DNA of 64,000 nucleotides from a virus (Duplodnaviria; Heunggongvirae; Uroviricota; Caudoviricetes): IMG/VR virus record IMGVR_UViG_3300042922_001472; one strand, 5' to 3'. Shown piece by piece: positions 48,809 to 58,124 of this stretch (position 1 is its first letter; each line of letters starts with the position of its first letter). The notes under the pieces were generated by a model. It saw only the letters and a program-made list of their open reading frames with translations, ran no database searches and was not told where the DNA came from. The position numbers and the translations under genes were made by a program.

Positions 48809-49083
48809 GTGAATAGCTATGAGAATTTTTAAAATTTACCCTCAATTTTTATTGTGAAAATGCATGTAATTTTTGGTGTGATTTTTAAATTTGCACCTCA
48901 AAACTGAGCCTGTTGTAATCAATGTTAGATGTCTTTTTTCTATATAAATTAAAAAAACTATTTAGAATTAGGACTAATTGGCTAATACTTTTTTATTAGA
49001 CTTTTTTACATGGATAAATTCTTATATTCAAATTTTTCTATAGTATAATAAATTAAAAAACTTTTTAGAAGGGAGATTTATTA

Positions 49084-50217
49084 ATGTTAACGATTATTAA
49101 TTTAAAGAATAAAAAAGTAGAACATTATGATTATGAGGAAATATATGAAGGAATGAAAGATGTAAATAGGAATAACTTTTTCAAACAATTATATGAAAGA
49201 AATAAGTTAAAAGAAATTCATGCTTATTGTACATGTGTACCTGATAAAGAGATACCATTAGTTATTTCTAAATGGAAACATACTTATTACGTAAAAAGAC
49301 AAGATGCCTCAGTAGAACATAGTCCTACTTGTAAGTTTGATGGTGAATATGTTCATAGTTTAAAGGGGTGGGATGTACAGACGGATGGTCATATAAATGT
49401 TTCATTAAAAGATAGATTATTTAATCTAAACTCATACAACAATATAAAAACTGGTAATAAATTAAGCCTTGAAGAATTCGTGAGAAGATATATGGGATTT
49501 GTATGGGAATTACAATCAAAATATTTTCTTAAGAGCAATAAAGAGTGCGTGACTTATTCTGACTTTTATACTGGATTGCAATATTGGGCAAGTAAAATTA
49601 AGTTTACCGAAAGAATAAGTTTAAAAGAAATATTAGGTAATAGCAAAAGCAAGTCATATTCATTGTTAAAACAAAATCTAAGAATGTTCGTAATAAGTCA
49701 ATTTGAAAGAAAAGAAAAGATTGATAAAACCACATATTTGATTTATTTAAAAAATCCAGACAATAATTATTTAATTGAAGTAACATGCCCGATAGAATTA
49801 TGGAATGAAAAATATAAAGCACTTACAGTATCAAAAAGTCCTATATTAGTTTCTGGATTTGTTGAACTTATTAAAGATAAACCATTAAATTTTGTAGATT
49901 TTGTGATAGTTCCTATATCAAATGAAGGCGTAGTTATTGATAATGAATATGAGAAAAAGTTATTTAATGCATTACATAAAAAGAAAAGGGTTTTTGTTAA
50001 ATCATATGAAACATATAGAAATTTTCAAAATATTAAACCAAATGTAATGTTAATAGATAGTACGCCAGTCACACTTGTCGAAATATTTGAAGAAGATAAA
50101 ACTAATAATGCTTATTACGAAGACAAGTTAAATAGATTAAATTATTTCAACACATTAGATAATTATAAAATTATTCTTTGGGATGCTTTTAATAATGAGA
50201 AATTATTTAAATTTTAA
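49084..50217 (+). CDS. hypothetical protein (377 aa)
   Basis: RBS AAGGGAGA. Confidence 0.5.
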   Translation: MLTIINLKNKKVEHYDYEEIYEGMKDVNRNNFFKQLYERNKLKEIHAYCTCVPDKEIPLVISKWKHTYYVKRQDASVEHSPTCKFDGEYVHSLKGWDVQTDGHINVSLKDRLFNLNSYNNIKTGNKLSLEEFVRRYMGFVWELQSKYFLKSNKECVTYSDFYTGLQYWASKIKFTERISLKEILGNSKSKSYSLLKQNLRMFVISQFERKEKIDKTTYLIYLKNPDNNYLIEVTCPIELWNEKYKALTVSKSPILVSGFVELIKDKPLNFVDFVIVPISNEGVVIDNEYEKKLFNALHKKKRVFVKSYETYRNFQNIKPNVMLIDSTPVTLVEIFEEDKTNNAYYEDKLNRLNYFNTLDNYKIILWDAFNNEKLFKF

Positions 50218-50218
50218 T

Positions 50219-50246
50219 AAAAGACCTATTTATTTAGGTCTTTTAT
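50219..50246 (+). terminator. intrinsic terminator
   Basis: AAGACCTA-TTTATT-TAGGTCTT followed by TT. Confidence 0.7.
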
Positions 50247-50361
50247 TGTGTTTGAAAATAAACTATATTGTTTTAAATCAATAACGTTTTAACTATAATA
50301 TAAAAATTGTAGAAATAAGGTATGAATTTAATTCATATGTATTTAGTGTGGAGGTATACTT

Positions 50362-51132
50362 ATGAAATTATATCATGTATCAAGGGATATAAATAAAAGG
50401 GAAGTTGAATTTGTTCCAAGGATTCCAAAATATCGTTGTGAAAATGAAGAAAGTAAAACCAAAAGAATATGTGTTTGTCCAAGTATTGAGGATTCAATTA
50501 GCTCTTTCCCATATAGAAATTATTTTGTTAATGTAGCTATGAGATGGAAAAAAAATAATTACTTAGCTGTTTTTAAGATTAATACTGAAAAGTTTTTAAG
50601 TAGTGAAGAACTTATCGACAAAGTTCCAGATGCTTTTTTAACAAATGAGTATTGGATATTAGAACCATTCTGTGCAACAGCAGAATTAATTAAAATCAAG
50701 AAATTAACATTATCAAAATTTGTTAAATATGTATCAGAATTTACTGGTAATGTCAAAGAACTTGAATATGAAAGTGAAGTTACTAATTATGATAGAGTAG
50801 AGGAATTTATTTTAATAAATAAAAGGAATTATAAAAAGTTTTGTAAAATAGCAAAAGAAAATAATATGACAATTGAAATATTAGAAGACAAATATGTAAA
50901 TTTACAACATTATTATTATTCAGCAACTACAAAAAACTATAGGTGGATAAAGGTTCGTGTATTTATTCCTGCAGGAACAAATATTTCACCCCTTTGGTTA
51001 ATAGACGATAGACAGAATGAGTTTGCTCTTAGAAAGAAGTTTTCTATTAGAGAATGGACAAAGGATGATTACGAGAATTTTGATTGTAACGAGGATGATA
51101 GTTTAATGGCATATTACTACAATAATTTGTAA
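50362..51132 (+). CDS. hypothetical protein (256 aa)
   Basis: RBS GGAGGT. Confidence 0.5.
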   Translation: MKLYHVSRDINKREVEFVPRIPKYRCENEESKTKRICVCPSIEDSISSFPYRNYFVNVAMRWKKNNYLAVFKINTEKFLSSEELIDKVPDAFLTNEYWILEPFCATAELIKIKKLTLSKFVKYVSEFTGNVKELEYESEVTNYDRVEEFILINKRNYKKFCKIAKENNMTIEILEDKYVNLQHYYYSATTKNYRWIKVRVFIPAGTNISPLWLIDDRQNEFALRKKFSIREWTKDDYENFDCNEDDSLMAYYYNNL

Positions 51133-51444
51133 ATTGTAAAGAAAATGAGAATGCCCTCCACTTTAGAAGGTGGATGGTATTCTTTTCTGTTTAAGATAAA
51201 CAAATTTTATATATTCAAGTTATAGCTTATATCAAAATAGAATATTATATTATATGAGATTAATTTCTCTTATTTCATTAATCAGGTTTATATAATAGTT
51301 TTTGCTGACTATATTTAAAGTTAGATATATGCCTAAAAAGAAGCCTCTATTAATGAAATAAAAAAAGAAACCAGTTAAGGATACTTAATTGAGTTTCTTT
51401 TTATTTTAAATGAATTCTTATTATTCATACATAAGCAATTTATA

Positions 51445-51506
51445 TTAGTCAATCATATTGACTATAGTATGCAATTATGTTATTATTGACTATGAACTAT
51501 AGTCAA
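51445..51506 (+). promoter_or_regulatory. cluster of three operator-like elements (TAGTCAA half-site; TTGACTATAGTATG; split palindrome TTGACTAT-gaac-TATAGTCAA) with promoter TTGACT-17-TATTAT
   Basis: Densest concentration of the recurring motif in the window, upstream of the ORF at 51545. Confidence 0.5.
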
Positions 51507-51544
51507 TAAATTATTTACATTAGTATAAAGGAAAGGTTAGAAAT

Positions 51545-52903
51545 ATGAATTTATTTGAAGATATGATTGATGAAATAGTTGAGCCGACTGATTTAATACA
51601 TAATATGGCGATTAATAACTTCAACAGAGAAGAATTGAAAAAATACAGAAAAAAATACAGAAAATTAGATTCATGGGAAAAGCAAAATTTATATTTATAT
51701 ATTAAAGATAAGCTAAATTGTGTATTAGCTTTTAAAAAGATTCAAAAGTCAATTTCAGTGCAAAGAAGATTTATTGATAACTATGAAGACTTGTTTGATT
51801 TTTTCTCAAAGATTGATTTAGTTAGTTTAATAAAAAATGCTGAAAAAACTGATAGCTACTTCCCTTGTGTATTCATTAATGGGAATGAGGCATGGATTAG
51901 TAAAAGCTCCAATGGTCATTACAGGTATTTTTCAAAAAATAAATGCTTAGATACAATAGGGTTTGACTTTATAGATTTATTAGAACTTTATTATGGAGAA
52001 ACAGCATCACAGGCAATAAAAAAAGCAATAAAAGACTTTAGAATATGTTTTATGGAGGATTCTTATATGAATGAACAGAACAAAAAATACTTATCAAATT
52101 TAACGATTATACACAATTCGAAGAAGCACATTTTAAAAGATTATCCTGAATTATTTGAATATATCAAAGGTCATTTGAAATTACTTGAAACTATGAATGT
52201 ACTTGGAAATATTAATATTAAAAAAAGAGAGTTTAGTTATAAAAACAACAATATTTTCTTCGCTTCAAATTCCTATATTGCTGATTTTTTAGGCAATTAT
52301 ACTATTTCTACCACAAATAAAGTGCTTAATATATTTGCGATACTTGGGCTAATAAAGAAAATTTCAAAGGAAGATGTACCTTCTCAATTATTACACGAAT
52401 CCCAAGCTATTGCAGAAAGAAGAAATTTAGGTAATATAATTAGTTACTATATTGTACCTTCAATGATTGATATTTTGGATACTGCAAACAAAAATGCAAT
52501 AATAATGAATGAACATAATATAAGATACTCTAATATTTGTAAAGATAGAGTTGTCTTAGCTTTTGGAAAAGAGTTTGCGGATGAAATATATGTCCAGGAA
52601 ATACAGAAGAATAAAATAAAAAATATAACACCTACAGAGTATATCCATAGATTTTTAGAAGAAAATCTGATTAATTTATTAAATACACAAGGTTATGCAA
52701 CAAAATCAATGATATATAAAATAAAAATTGCAAATTCAACTGAAAAACAAAAGCAGAAGGAATTAGAAAAAATTTGGAAGAGTTTAATCATAAAGCATAA
52801 ACTTGAATATTTAAAGCCAACACAAGAAAATAAAGAAAAATATAAATTAATAAACAGTGAATACATTGCTATATATAAAAATATGAAAGAAGAGGAAATA
52901 TAA
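51545..52903 (+). CDS. hypothetical protein with putative HTH region (possible replication-initiator/RepA_N-like; low confidence)
   Basis: Segment FFASNSYIADFLGNYTISTTNKVLNIFAILGLIKK resembles the winged-helix N-terminal domains of Firmicutes plasmid initiators; RBS AAAGGAAAGG. Confidence 0.45.
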   Translation: MNLFEDMIDEIVEPTDLIHNMAINNFNREELKKYRKKYRKLDSWEKQNLYLYIKDKLNCVLAFKKIQKSISVQRRFIDNYEDLFDFFSKIDLVSLIKNAEKTDSYFPCVFINGNEAWISKSSNGHYRYFSKNKCLDTIGFDFIDLLELYYGETASQAIKKAIKDFRICFMEDSYMNEQNKKYLSNLTIIHNSKKHILKDYPELFEYIKGHLKLLETMNVLGNINIKKREFSYKNNNIFFASNSYIADFLGNYTISTTNKVLNIFAILGLIKKISKEDVPSQLLHESQAIAERRNLGNIISYYIVPSMIDILDTANKNAIIMNEHNIRYSNICKDRVVLAFGKEFADEIYVQEIQKNKIKNITPTEYIHRFLEENLINLLNTQGYATKSMIYKIKIANSTEKQKQKELEKIWKSLIIKHKLEYLKPTQENKEKYKLINSEYIAIYKNMKEEEI

Positions 52904-52904
52904 T

Positions 52905-53378
52905 TTGAAAAAAATAACATATGCCTTATTAATCATGGTATTACTTGCAGGATGCAGTAATACTGTTAATGAAAATAACAAAGTAATAGAGACTGTAACA
53001 AGCAACCTTAACGATTCAATAAATGAAGAAACTCCTTATGAAATTGTAGCTACTGATATAGAATTTGAGGGTTTTGAAGAATTAATTAATAGTGTCAAAG
53101 GAACAGAAAAACACTTCATAATAAATGAGACAGAAGAAAATTATTATATAGCAATTAGTTCAGGCGAAAAGCCTACAGATGGTTATGAAATAGAAATAGA
53201 ATCTGTGAAAGTTGAAAATGGAAGATTAATTATTGTTGTTGAAGAGATAAATCCAGAAAGAGGTTCGTTTCTCTTAGATGCATTAACATATCCAACAAAG
53301 GTTATTGAAGTGAACAAAAATGAGATAATTGACATTTCTGTTAGGAATACTAAAAATGACAAATATTCGTTTAAATAG
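52905..53378 (+). CDS. lipoprotein (157 aa)
   Basis: Signal peptide with lipobox LLAGC. Confidence 0.55.
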   Translation: MKKITYALLIMVLLAGCSNTVNENNKVIETVTSNLNDSINEETPYEIVATDIEFEGFEELINSVKGTEKHFIINETEENYYIAISSGEKPTDGYEIEIESVKVENGRLIIVVEEINPERGSFLLDALTYPTKVIEVNKNEIIDISVRNTKNDKYSFK

Positions 53379-53386
53379 GAGGTATT

Positions 53387-53893
53387 ATGCCATTGATAAG
53401 AAAAGGAAAAAACGATGTTAGTATAGAATATAAATTGCCCAAAAGAAAAAAGAACCTTCTTACAAAAGAATTTTTGCAAACATTTAAACAAGAATTGGAT
53501 GCTGTGTTTAACAAAAAAAATGATTATGAAGAACTGGACAAAAGAAACTATTGGAACACATATCAGTATATGGAAGGTACTTGTGGCTTTTACAAAGCTT
53601 TAAAGATAGCTTGTGCAAAACATAATTTAACTAAAGCTATATATGATTATGCTTGTAAAATGCCTTACTATGATAGTGATTTATTTGATGATGACATAGT
53701 TTTATTAATGGTTGAGTTTGGAGTTATAGAAGAAGGAACTATTGAAGAAATATGGGATATAGATTATGAAAACGACAAAGATTTTGAATTAATAATCACT
53801 GAGCAAAAACTTAAAGATTGCACAATAATTCATAAAGATTGGCTTTTAACAAAAGAATGTAAAGACAAACTGTGTATTAAAGATATTGTTTAA
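53387..53893 (+). CDS. hypothetical protein (168 aa)
   Basis: RBS TAGGAGG. Confidence 0.45.
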   Translation: MPLIRKGKNDVSIEYKLPKRKKNLLTKEFLQTFKQELDAVFNKKNDYEELDKRNYWNTYQYMEGTCGFYKALKIACAKHNLTKAIYDYACKMPYYDSDLFDDDIVLLMVEFGVIEEGTIEEIWDIDYENDKDFELIITEQKLKDCTIIHKDWLLTKECKDKLCIKDIV

Positions 53894-53896
53894 ATA

Positions 53897-53931
53897 AAAA
53901 AATGACTGTTTTTTAACAGTCATTTTTTTTG
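53897..53931. terminator. bidirectional terminator
   Basis: AAATGACTGTT-TTTT-AACAGTCATTT flanked by A and T runs. Confidence 0.75.
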
Positions 53932-53945
53932 AATCATAATCATTA

Positions 53946-54551
53946 TTACTTACTATCTAAATAATTATCTACTTTTTTATCTAAAGATGATATTTTTGAA
54001 TGAAACTTTTTAAGATTATCTTCATTCCAATCTTTTATTGTAAATTTAATATCCCACCAACCATAGTGTTTTTCACCCATACTGTGAGAAAATACAAAGT
54101 CAAATTTATATTTTTTACTCAATTCCATAATTTCATTAAAATCATTTCTAAGTTCAACCATTATTTTATCGGCTGTCTCTTTATCAATAGATTCTGTTTC
54201 TCTAATATAAACACTTTCTATTTCATCAAGACTATTAAAGAAGTCAACCCTTGCAGTTATTTTCTTACGATTGTTTTTAGGAAAATAGAATGTTACAATG
54301 TCATCATTTAAATCTACATCTACAGTAGTTTCTCCATCATCGTTTTCTTCGATAAAACTATTGTTATCTGCGATATACTCTTTCATAACAGAAGGAATAT
54401 TTTTATATTCTTCTTTATCATATTTTGACCAAATACAAACTCCATTTATAAAAATATCTGCGTTTGTAGTTTCAATATTTATAATTGGACATTTTGCATT
54501 ATCTTCTATAACCACTTTCGTTCCTTTTAATTCAAATATTTTTGGTTTCAT
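53946..54551 (-). CDS. hypothetical acidic protein (201 aa)
   Basis: SD AAGGAGAA. Preferred over the overlapping low-complexity plus-strand ORFs. Confidence 0.5.
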   Translation of the reverse strand: MKPKIFELKGTKVVIEDNAKCPIINIETTNADIFINGVCIWSKYDKEEYKNIPSVMKEYIADNNSFIEENDDGETTVDVDLNDDIVTFYFPKNNRKKITARVDFFNSLDEIESVYIRETESIDKETADKIMVELRNDFNEIMELSKKYKFDFVFSHSMGEKHYGWWDIKFTIKDWNEDNLKKFHSKISSLDKKVDNYLDSK

Positions 54552-54674
54552 TTATTTCTCCTTTTTAAATTTAATATGTAATTACCTGTATTATTTAAAT
54601 CTTTATATTCTATACGTTTATCACAAATTTTATAAAAGAACAACTATTTAAATAAAAATAATCTAACATTATCA

Positions 54675-54703
54675 TTGCATATAGTCAATATTAATGATAT
54701 AAT
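54675..54703 (+). promoter_or_regulatory. promoter TTGCAT-17-TATAAT carrying the operator variant TTGCATATAGTCAA
   Basis: Identical 16-mer TTGCATATAGTCAATA also occurs at 61836. Confidence 0.6.
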
Positions 54704-54736
54704 TAACTAAAGTAAGCACAGAAAAGGGGATAGAAT

Positions 54737-55357
54737 TTGATAATAAAACCTGAGAATACAGCAATTACAACTGGAGTTGCAAAGAGTGCCTTAGAATTAG
54801 AAAAAAGATGTAGAGTTGTTGATAAAATACTGGATTATGGAGCAGGAAAGTTGAGAAACTCAAAATACTTATTGTCTAAGGGATATAACGTTTCAATTCT
54901 TGATACAAAACTGCAAATTGAAAAACAAAAGCAATCAGATTTAGAGTTATTTGGGAAGATATATACTACAGAAGAATTTCCTGCTATTGAAATGTATGAT
55001 GCAATTTTATGTAGTTTTGTGATAAATGTTATTGCAGAGCCATTTGAAAGAGTTAAAGTTTTAAATAAAGCTTATGAGTTATTAAAAGATAATGGTTTAC
55101 TATTTTTAGAAATTAGAAAAGGAAATGGAATATCTCAAAATAAATACAATGTTCCTTATAGTGACGGGTTTTTAGTTGGTAAAAATGAAATAAAAACATT
55201 TCAAAAACCATTTAATAAAAATGATATATTTTTATTATTTAAAAATACAAAATTTGCAATTATTGAGTTAAAAACTTGTTCAGATAGTTTAATATTAATC
55301 GCACAAAAATTAATGGAGGTAAATGAAAATGAATATGGAAAAATTAGAGTTAATTAA
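54737..55357 (+). CDS. class I SAM-dependent methyltransferase-like protein
   Basis: TTG start after AAAGGGGA; motif I-like ILDYGAGKL. Confidence 0.45.
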   Translation: MIIKPENTAITTGVAKSALELEKRCRVVDKILDYGAGKLRNSKYLLSKGYNVSILDTKLQIEKQKQSDLELFGKIYTTEEFPAIEMYDAILCSFVINVIAEPFERVKVLNKAYELLKDNGLLFLEIRKGNGISQNKYNVPYSDGFLVGKNEIKTFQKPFNKNDIFLLFKNTKFAIIELKTCSDSLILIAQKLMEVNENEYGKIRVN

Positions 55358-56096
55358 TGTTGTTGAAAGGAGTTTAATATTTGCAGTTGAATATGAATTA
55401 GATAGAGAAGAAAGAATAAGTGATAATATATTATCCTTTTTAAAAGAGAAAGTTAGAAACATGATTGATGTAACGGGTTTATGTATTAACGGAATGACTC
55501 AATCTGGAACTTTAGAATTAGTTAATATGCATATTTTTGATTGTGGGGTTATATCTGAATTAATAGAAAAAATGCTTAATAATAAGGATATTTCTTATAT
55601 ACAATTAACTGGAATAAATTATGTTGTTGAAATGAATAATCAAGATAAGTATATATATGATACAGGCTTAGATATGAAACATATTTTAACTTCTATTGAA
55701 AAACTTAAAGACAAAAATAAAATCTTATTAAATAGTGATAAATATGAAATAACTAAAGAAAATGAAGTTTTTTCTATTTCAATAAATTCAGAAATGATTA
55801 ACCCTTTAGTTTTTATTGAAAGGAAAATAACTAAAAGCGAATCCAATGATTTAGAAACAGAATTATTAGATAAGTTACTTGCATTTAAACCAAATAATGA
55901 TTCTGAAGTTTCATTGAAAGATATGTTAGACTCAGATAAAAAGAAAGAATTTGAAAGCGAAATACGTAATATGATTTATTTTGTAAAAAAAGATATTGCA
56001 AAAGAAGTAAATGATTTAATTAACAATAATTTAAAAACATTTAAAAAAGCGTTAATTAACGAAGTAAATGGAAAGTTGTTTGATATTGCTGATTGA
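55329..56096 (+). CDS. hypothetical protein (about 255 aa)
   Basis: Overlaps the upstream gene end; RBS GGAGG. Confidence 0.45.
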   Translation: MNMEKLELINVVERSLIFAVEYELDREERISDNILSFLKEKVRNMIDVTGLCINGMTQSGTLELVNMHIFDCGVISELIEKMLNNKDISYIQLTGINYVVEMNNQDKYIYDTGLDMKHILTSIEKLKDKNKILLNSDKYEITKENEVFSISINSEMINPLVFIERKITKSESNDLETELLDKLLAFKPNNDSEVSLKDMLDSDKKKEFESEIRNMIYFVKKDIAKEVNDLINNNLKTFKKALINEVNGKLFDIAD

Positions 56097-56108
56097 TAAG
56101 GAGAAATA

Positions 56109-56807
56109 ATGAAATTAGGACAAATGAGTTTTAAAAAGGTATCAACAATTGCAGATTTTTTACAATTAGATATATGTGGATTATCTAAAGATGAATCCTA
56201 TGATAAATATATTAATTATGATGTAAACATTCCAGTGATATTACATGGTGATTGGACAAAAAATGGTCATAGCGAAAACAATATAAAAGAAAGAACAAGT
56301 GAATATATCCAAATAATACATAACCTTTTGAGTATCGCTGAAATACATGGGTTAACTATACATCCTCCATTTAGAAAGAAAGTATCATTTGAAGACTTTA
56401 TAAACTACTGCAATTTAATTGAAACAGCCACTGGTATTCCTGTATTTATTGAAAATAGAAGTAATAACAAAATTTGGCTTTCTTATCCTGGAGAAATAAT
56501 TGAGTTTAGTAATAAACATTATATGACCATAGATTTGCCTCAACTCTTCATATCCTGTGGATATGAAGAAACAGCTTTTCTTGATACTGTATTGAAGATT
56601 AATTGGAGTAATGTAAAGGAACTTCATTTGGGAAATATAAAACGAAATGGAAAAAATACTTTTGTAGCAAGAAAAATAGAAGAAGGCGAAATTGACTTAA
56701 ATAAGGTTATTTCTTTTATAAAAGGTGTTGATTATTGCACTTTTGAAATACTTGGTGGCGTAAATGTATTCGAAAACCAAAAAAGTTGTTTTATGGCGTT
56801 ACTATAA
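56109..56807 (+). CDS. TIM-barrel-like protein, distant paralog of the 12095-12985 product
   Basis: Shared strand motifs VILHGDW, LTIHPP and VFIENRS match CVHAP, VVIHPGG and VAIENN in the other gene. Confidence 0.4.
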   Translation: MKLGQMSFKKVSTIADFLQLDICGLSKDESYDKYINYDVNIPVILHGDWTKNGHSENNIKERTSEYIQIIHNLLSIAEIHGLTIHPPFRKKVSFEDFINYCNLIETATGIPVFIENRSNNKIWLSYPGEIIEFSNKHYMTIDLPQLFISCGYEETAFLDTVLKINWSNVKELHLGNIKRNGKNTFVARKIEEGEIDLNKVISFIKGVDYCTFEILGGVNVFENQKSCFMALL

Positions 56808-56986
56808 TAACTATATTCTTATATCTTTATTTAAAATTGAATATATTAAATAAATAAAAATAAATAGGTGTTTGTATAAACTTTTTTAAAAAAGGCTCTA
56901 TTCAAAAATTACACCTTGATTTACATGAAATGACGTTCAGCTAAACGTCATTTCATAAAAATGTGAAATAAATAGGAGAAGTTAAT

Positions 56987-57214
56987 ATGAAAAAGAAAAA
57001 TATTGATAACTGGTTAAAAAATGAAGTGGAAAAGTTAGATAAGGAAATAAAAAAGTTTGAAGCAAAAATTCAAAGAATAATGAGAAGTGAGGATATAAAT
57101 GCGTTAGACAAAGCTAATCAATGGTACATACAATTAAGGGAATTAAAAGCTACACAAAATAAGTTGTATGAGATGCTTGGAAGATTAGGTGAAATAGAAT
57201 GTATTGAAGATTAG
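56987..57214 (+). CDS. hypothetical coiled-coil small protein (75 aa)
   Basis: RBS TAGGAGAAG. A 13-bp hairpin at 56924-56956 lies in its leader. Confidence 0.4.
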   Translation: MKKKNIDNWLKNEVEKLDKEIKKFEAKIQRIMRSEDINALDKANQWYIQLRELKATQNKLYEMLGRLGEIECIED

Positions 57215-57342
57215 CTATAATTCAATTATTTTTAAACTCATAACTGCATTTTTATAAAAAACTTAAGACATATTTTTTTGAATTACACGAAGTAGTAAAC
57301 AATATTATATTAGGACAAAACATTATATAGGAGGATTAATAA

Positions 57343-57870
57343 ATGATTTTAAGTGGAAGAGAAATAGAAAAAAGAATAGGAAAGGATATTATTATTGAAC
57401 CATATGATGCAAATTACATTAACCCAAATAGCTATAATCTAACTTTAAGCAATGAGTTGCTTATATATGATACAGATATGCTTGATATGAAAAAGGACAA
57501 TCCTACAAAGAAAATTATAATACCTGAAGAAGGATATGTTTTAGAACCTGGGCAACTGTATCTTGGGAGAACTTCTGAAAGAACGGTTACTCATAATTTA
57601 GTACCCATGCTTGAAGGTAGGTCATCTGTAGGTAGACTTGGTATTGCTATTCATGTTACAGCAGGATTTGGCGATAATGGGTTTGATGGTTACTGGACTC
57701 TTGAAATATTTTGTTTAAAGCCAGTTAGAATTTATCCAAATGTAGAAATTGGACAAATCTATTATCATACTATGGAAGGTGATAAAGAGATTAAGTACGG
57801 TAAAAGTGGAAAATATCAATGGAATAATGGCATTCAAGGAAGTCAGATGTATAAAGATTTTTTAAATTAA
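57343..57870 (+). CDS. dcd: dCTP deaminase (dUTPase-fold)
   Basis: MILSGREI N-terminus, EGRSSVGRLG and the trimer C-terminal region; RBS TAGGAGGA. Confidence 0.85.
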   Translation: MILSGREIEKRIGKDIIIEPYDANYINPNSYNLTLSNELLIYDTDMLDMKKDNPTKKIIIPEEGYVLEPGQLYLGRTSERTVTHNLVPMLEGRSSVGRLGIAIHVTAGFGDNGFDGYWTLEIFCLKPVRIYPNVEIGQIYYHTMEGDKEIKYGKSGKYQWNNGIQGSQMYKDFLN

Positions 57871-57904
57871 TTGTTAAATTGAATATCAAAAGTGATTAAA
57901 AATA

Positions 57905-57933
57905 AAAAAGAGACGATTAAGTCTCTTTTTTTA
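57905..57933 (+). terminator. intrinsic terminator
   Basis: AAAGAGAC-GATTAA-GTCTCTTT followed by TTTT. Confidence 0.75.
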
Positions 57934-58064
57934 ATTATCTTTATATAGTACATTTTTCCCAAAAATTATTTCATCAATGTCTTTAAAAATATTAATAAAA
58001 CACCTTGTTTTTTTTTAACTAATAAATTATATAAAAAAATGCCTTTTAATTAATGTAAATTAAA

Positions 58065-58094
58065 ATAGACAAAATATTTAAAATGTGGTATAAT
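58065..58094 (+). promoter_or_regulatory. promoter TAGACA-18-TATAAT with the shared extended -10 block AAAATGTGGTATAATGTA
   Basis: Third member of the extended -10 family. Confidence 0.55.
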
Positions 58095-58124
58095 GTATAT
58101 ATAAATTAAAAGAGGGATAAAATT

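Noticed and set aside
51640-51670. Tandem nucleotide repeat AAAAATACAGAAAAAAATACAGAAAA
   Set aside because: It lies inside the 51545-52903 coding sequence and simply encodes KKYRKKYRK; not a regulatory repeat.
54000-54651. Plus-strand ORFs 54000-54311 and 54298-54651
   Set aside because: Antisense to the well-formed acidic 201-aa minus-strand ORF, which has an AAGGAGAA SD; the plus-strand translations are F/I/L-rich low complexity.
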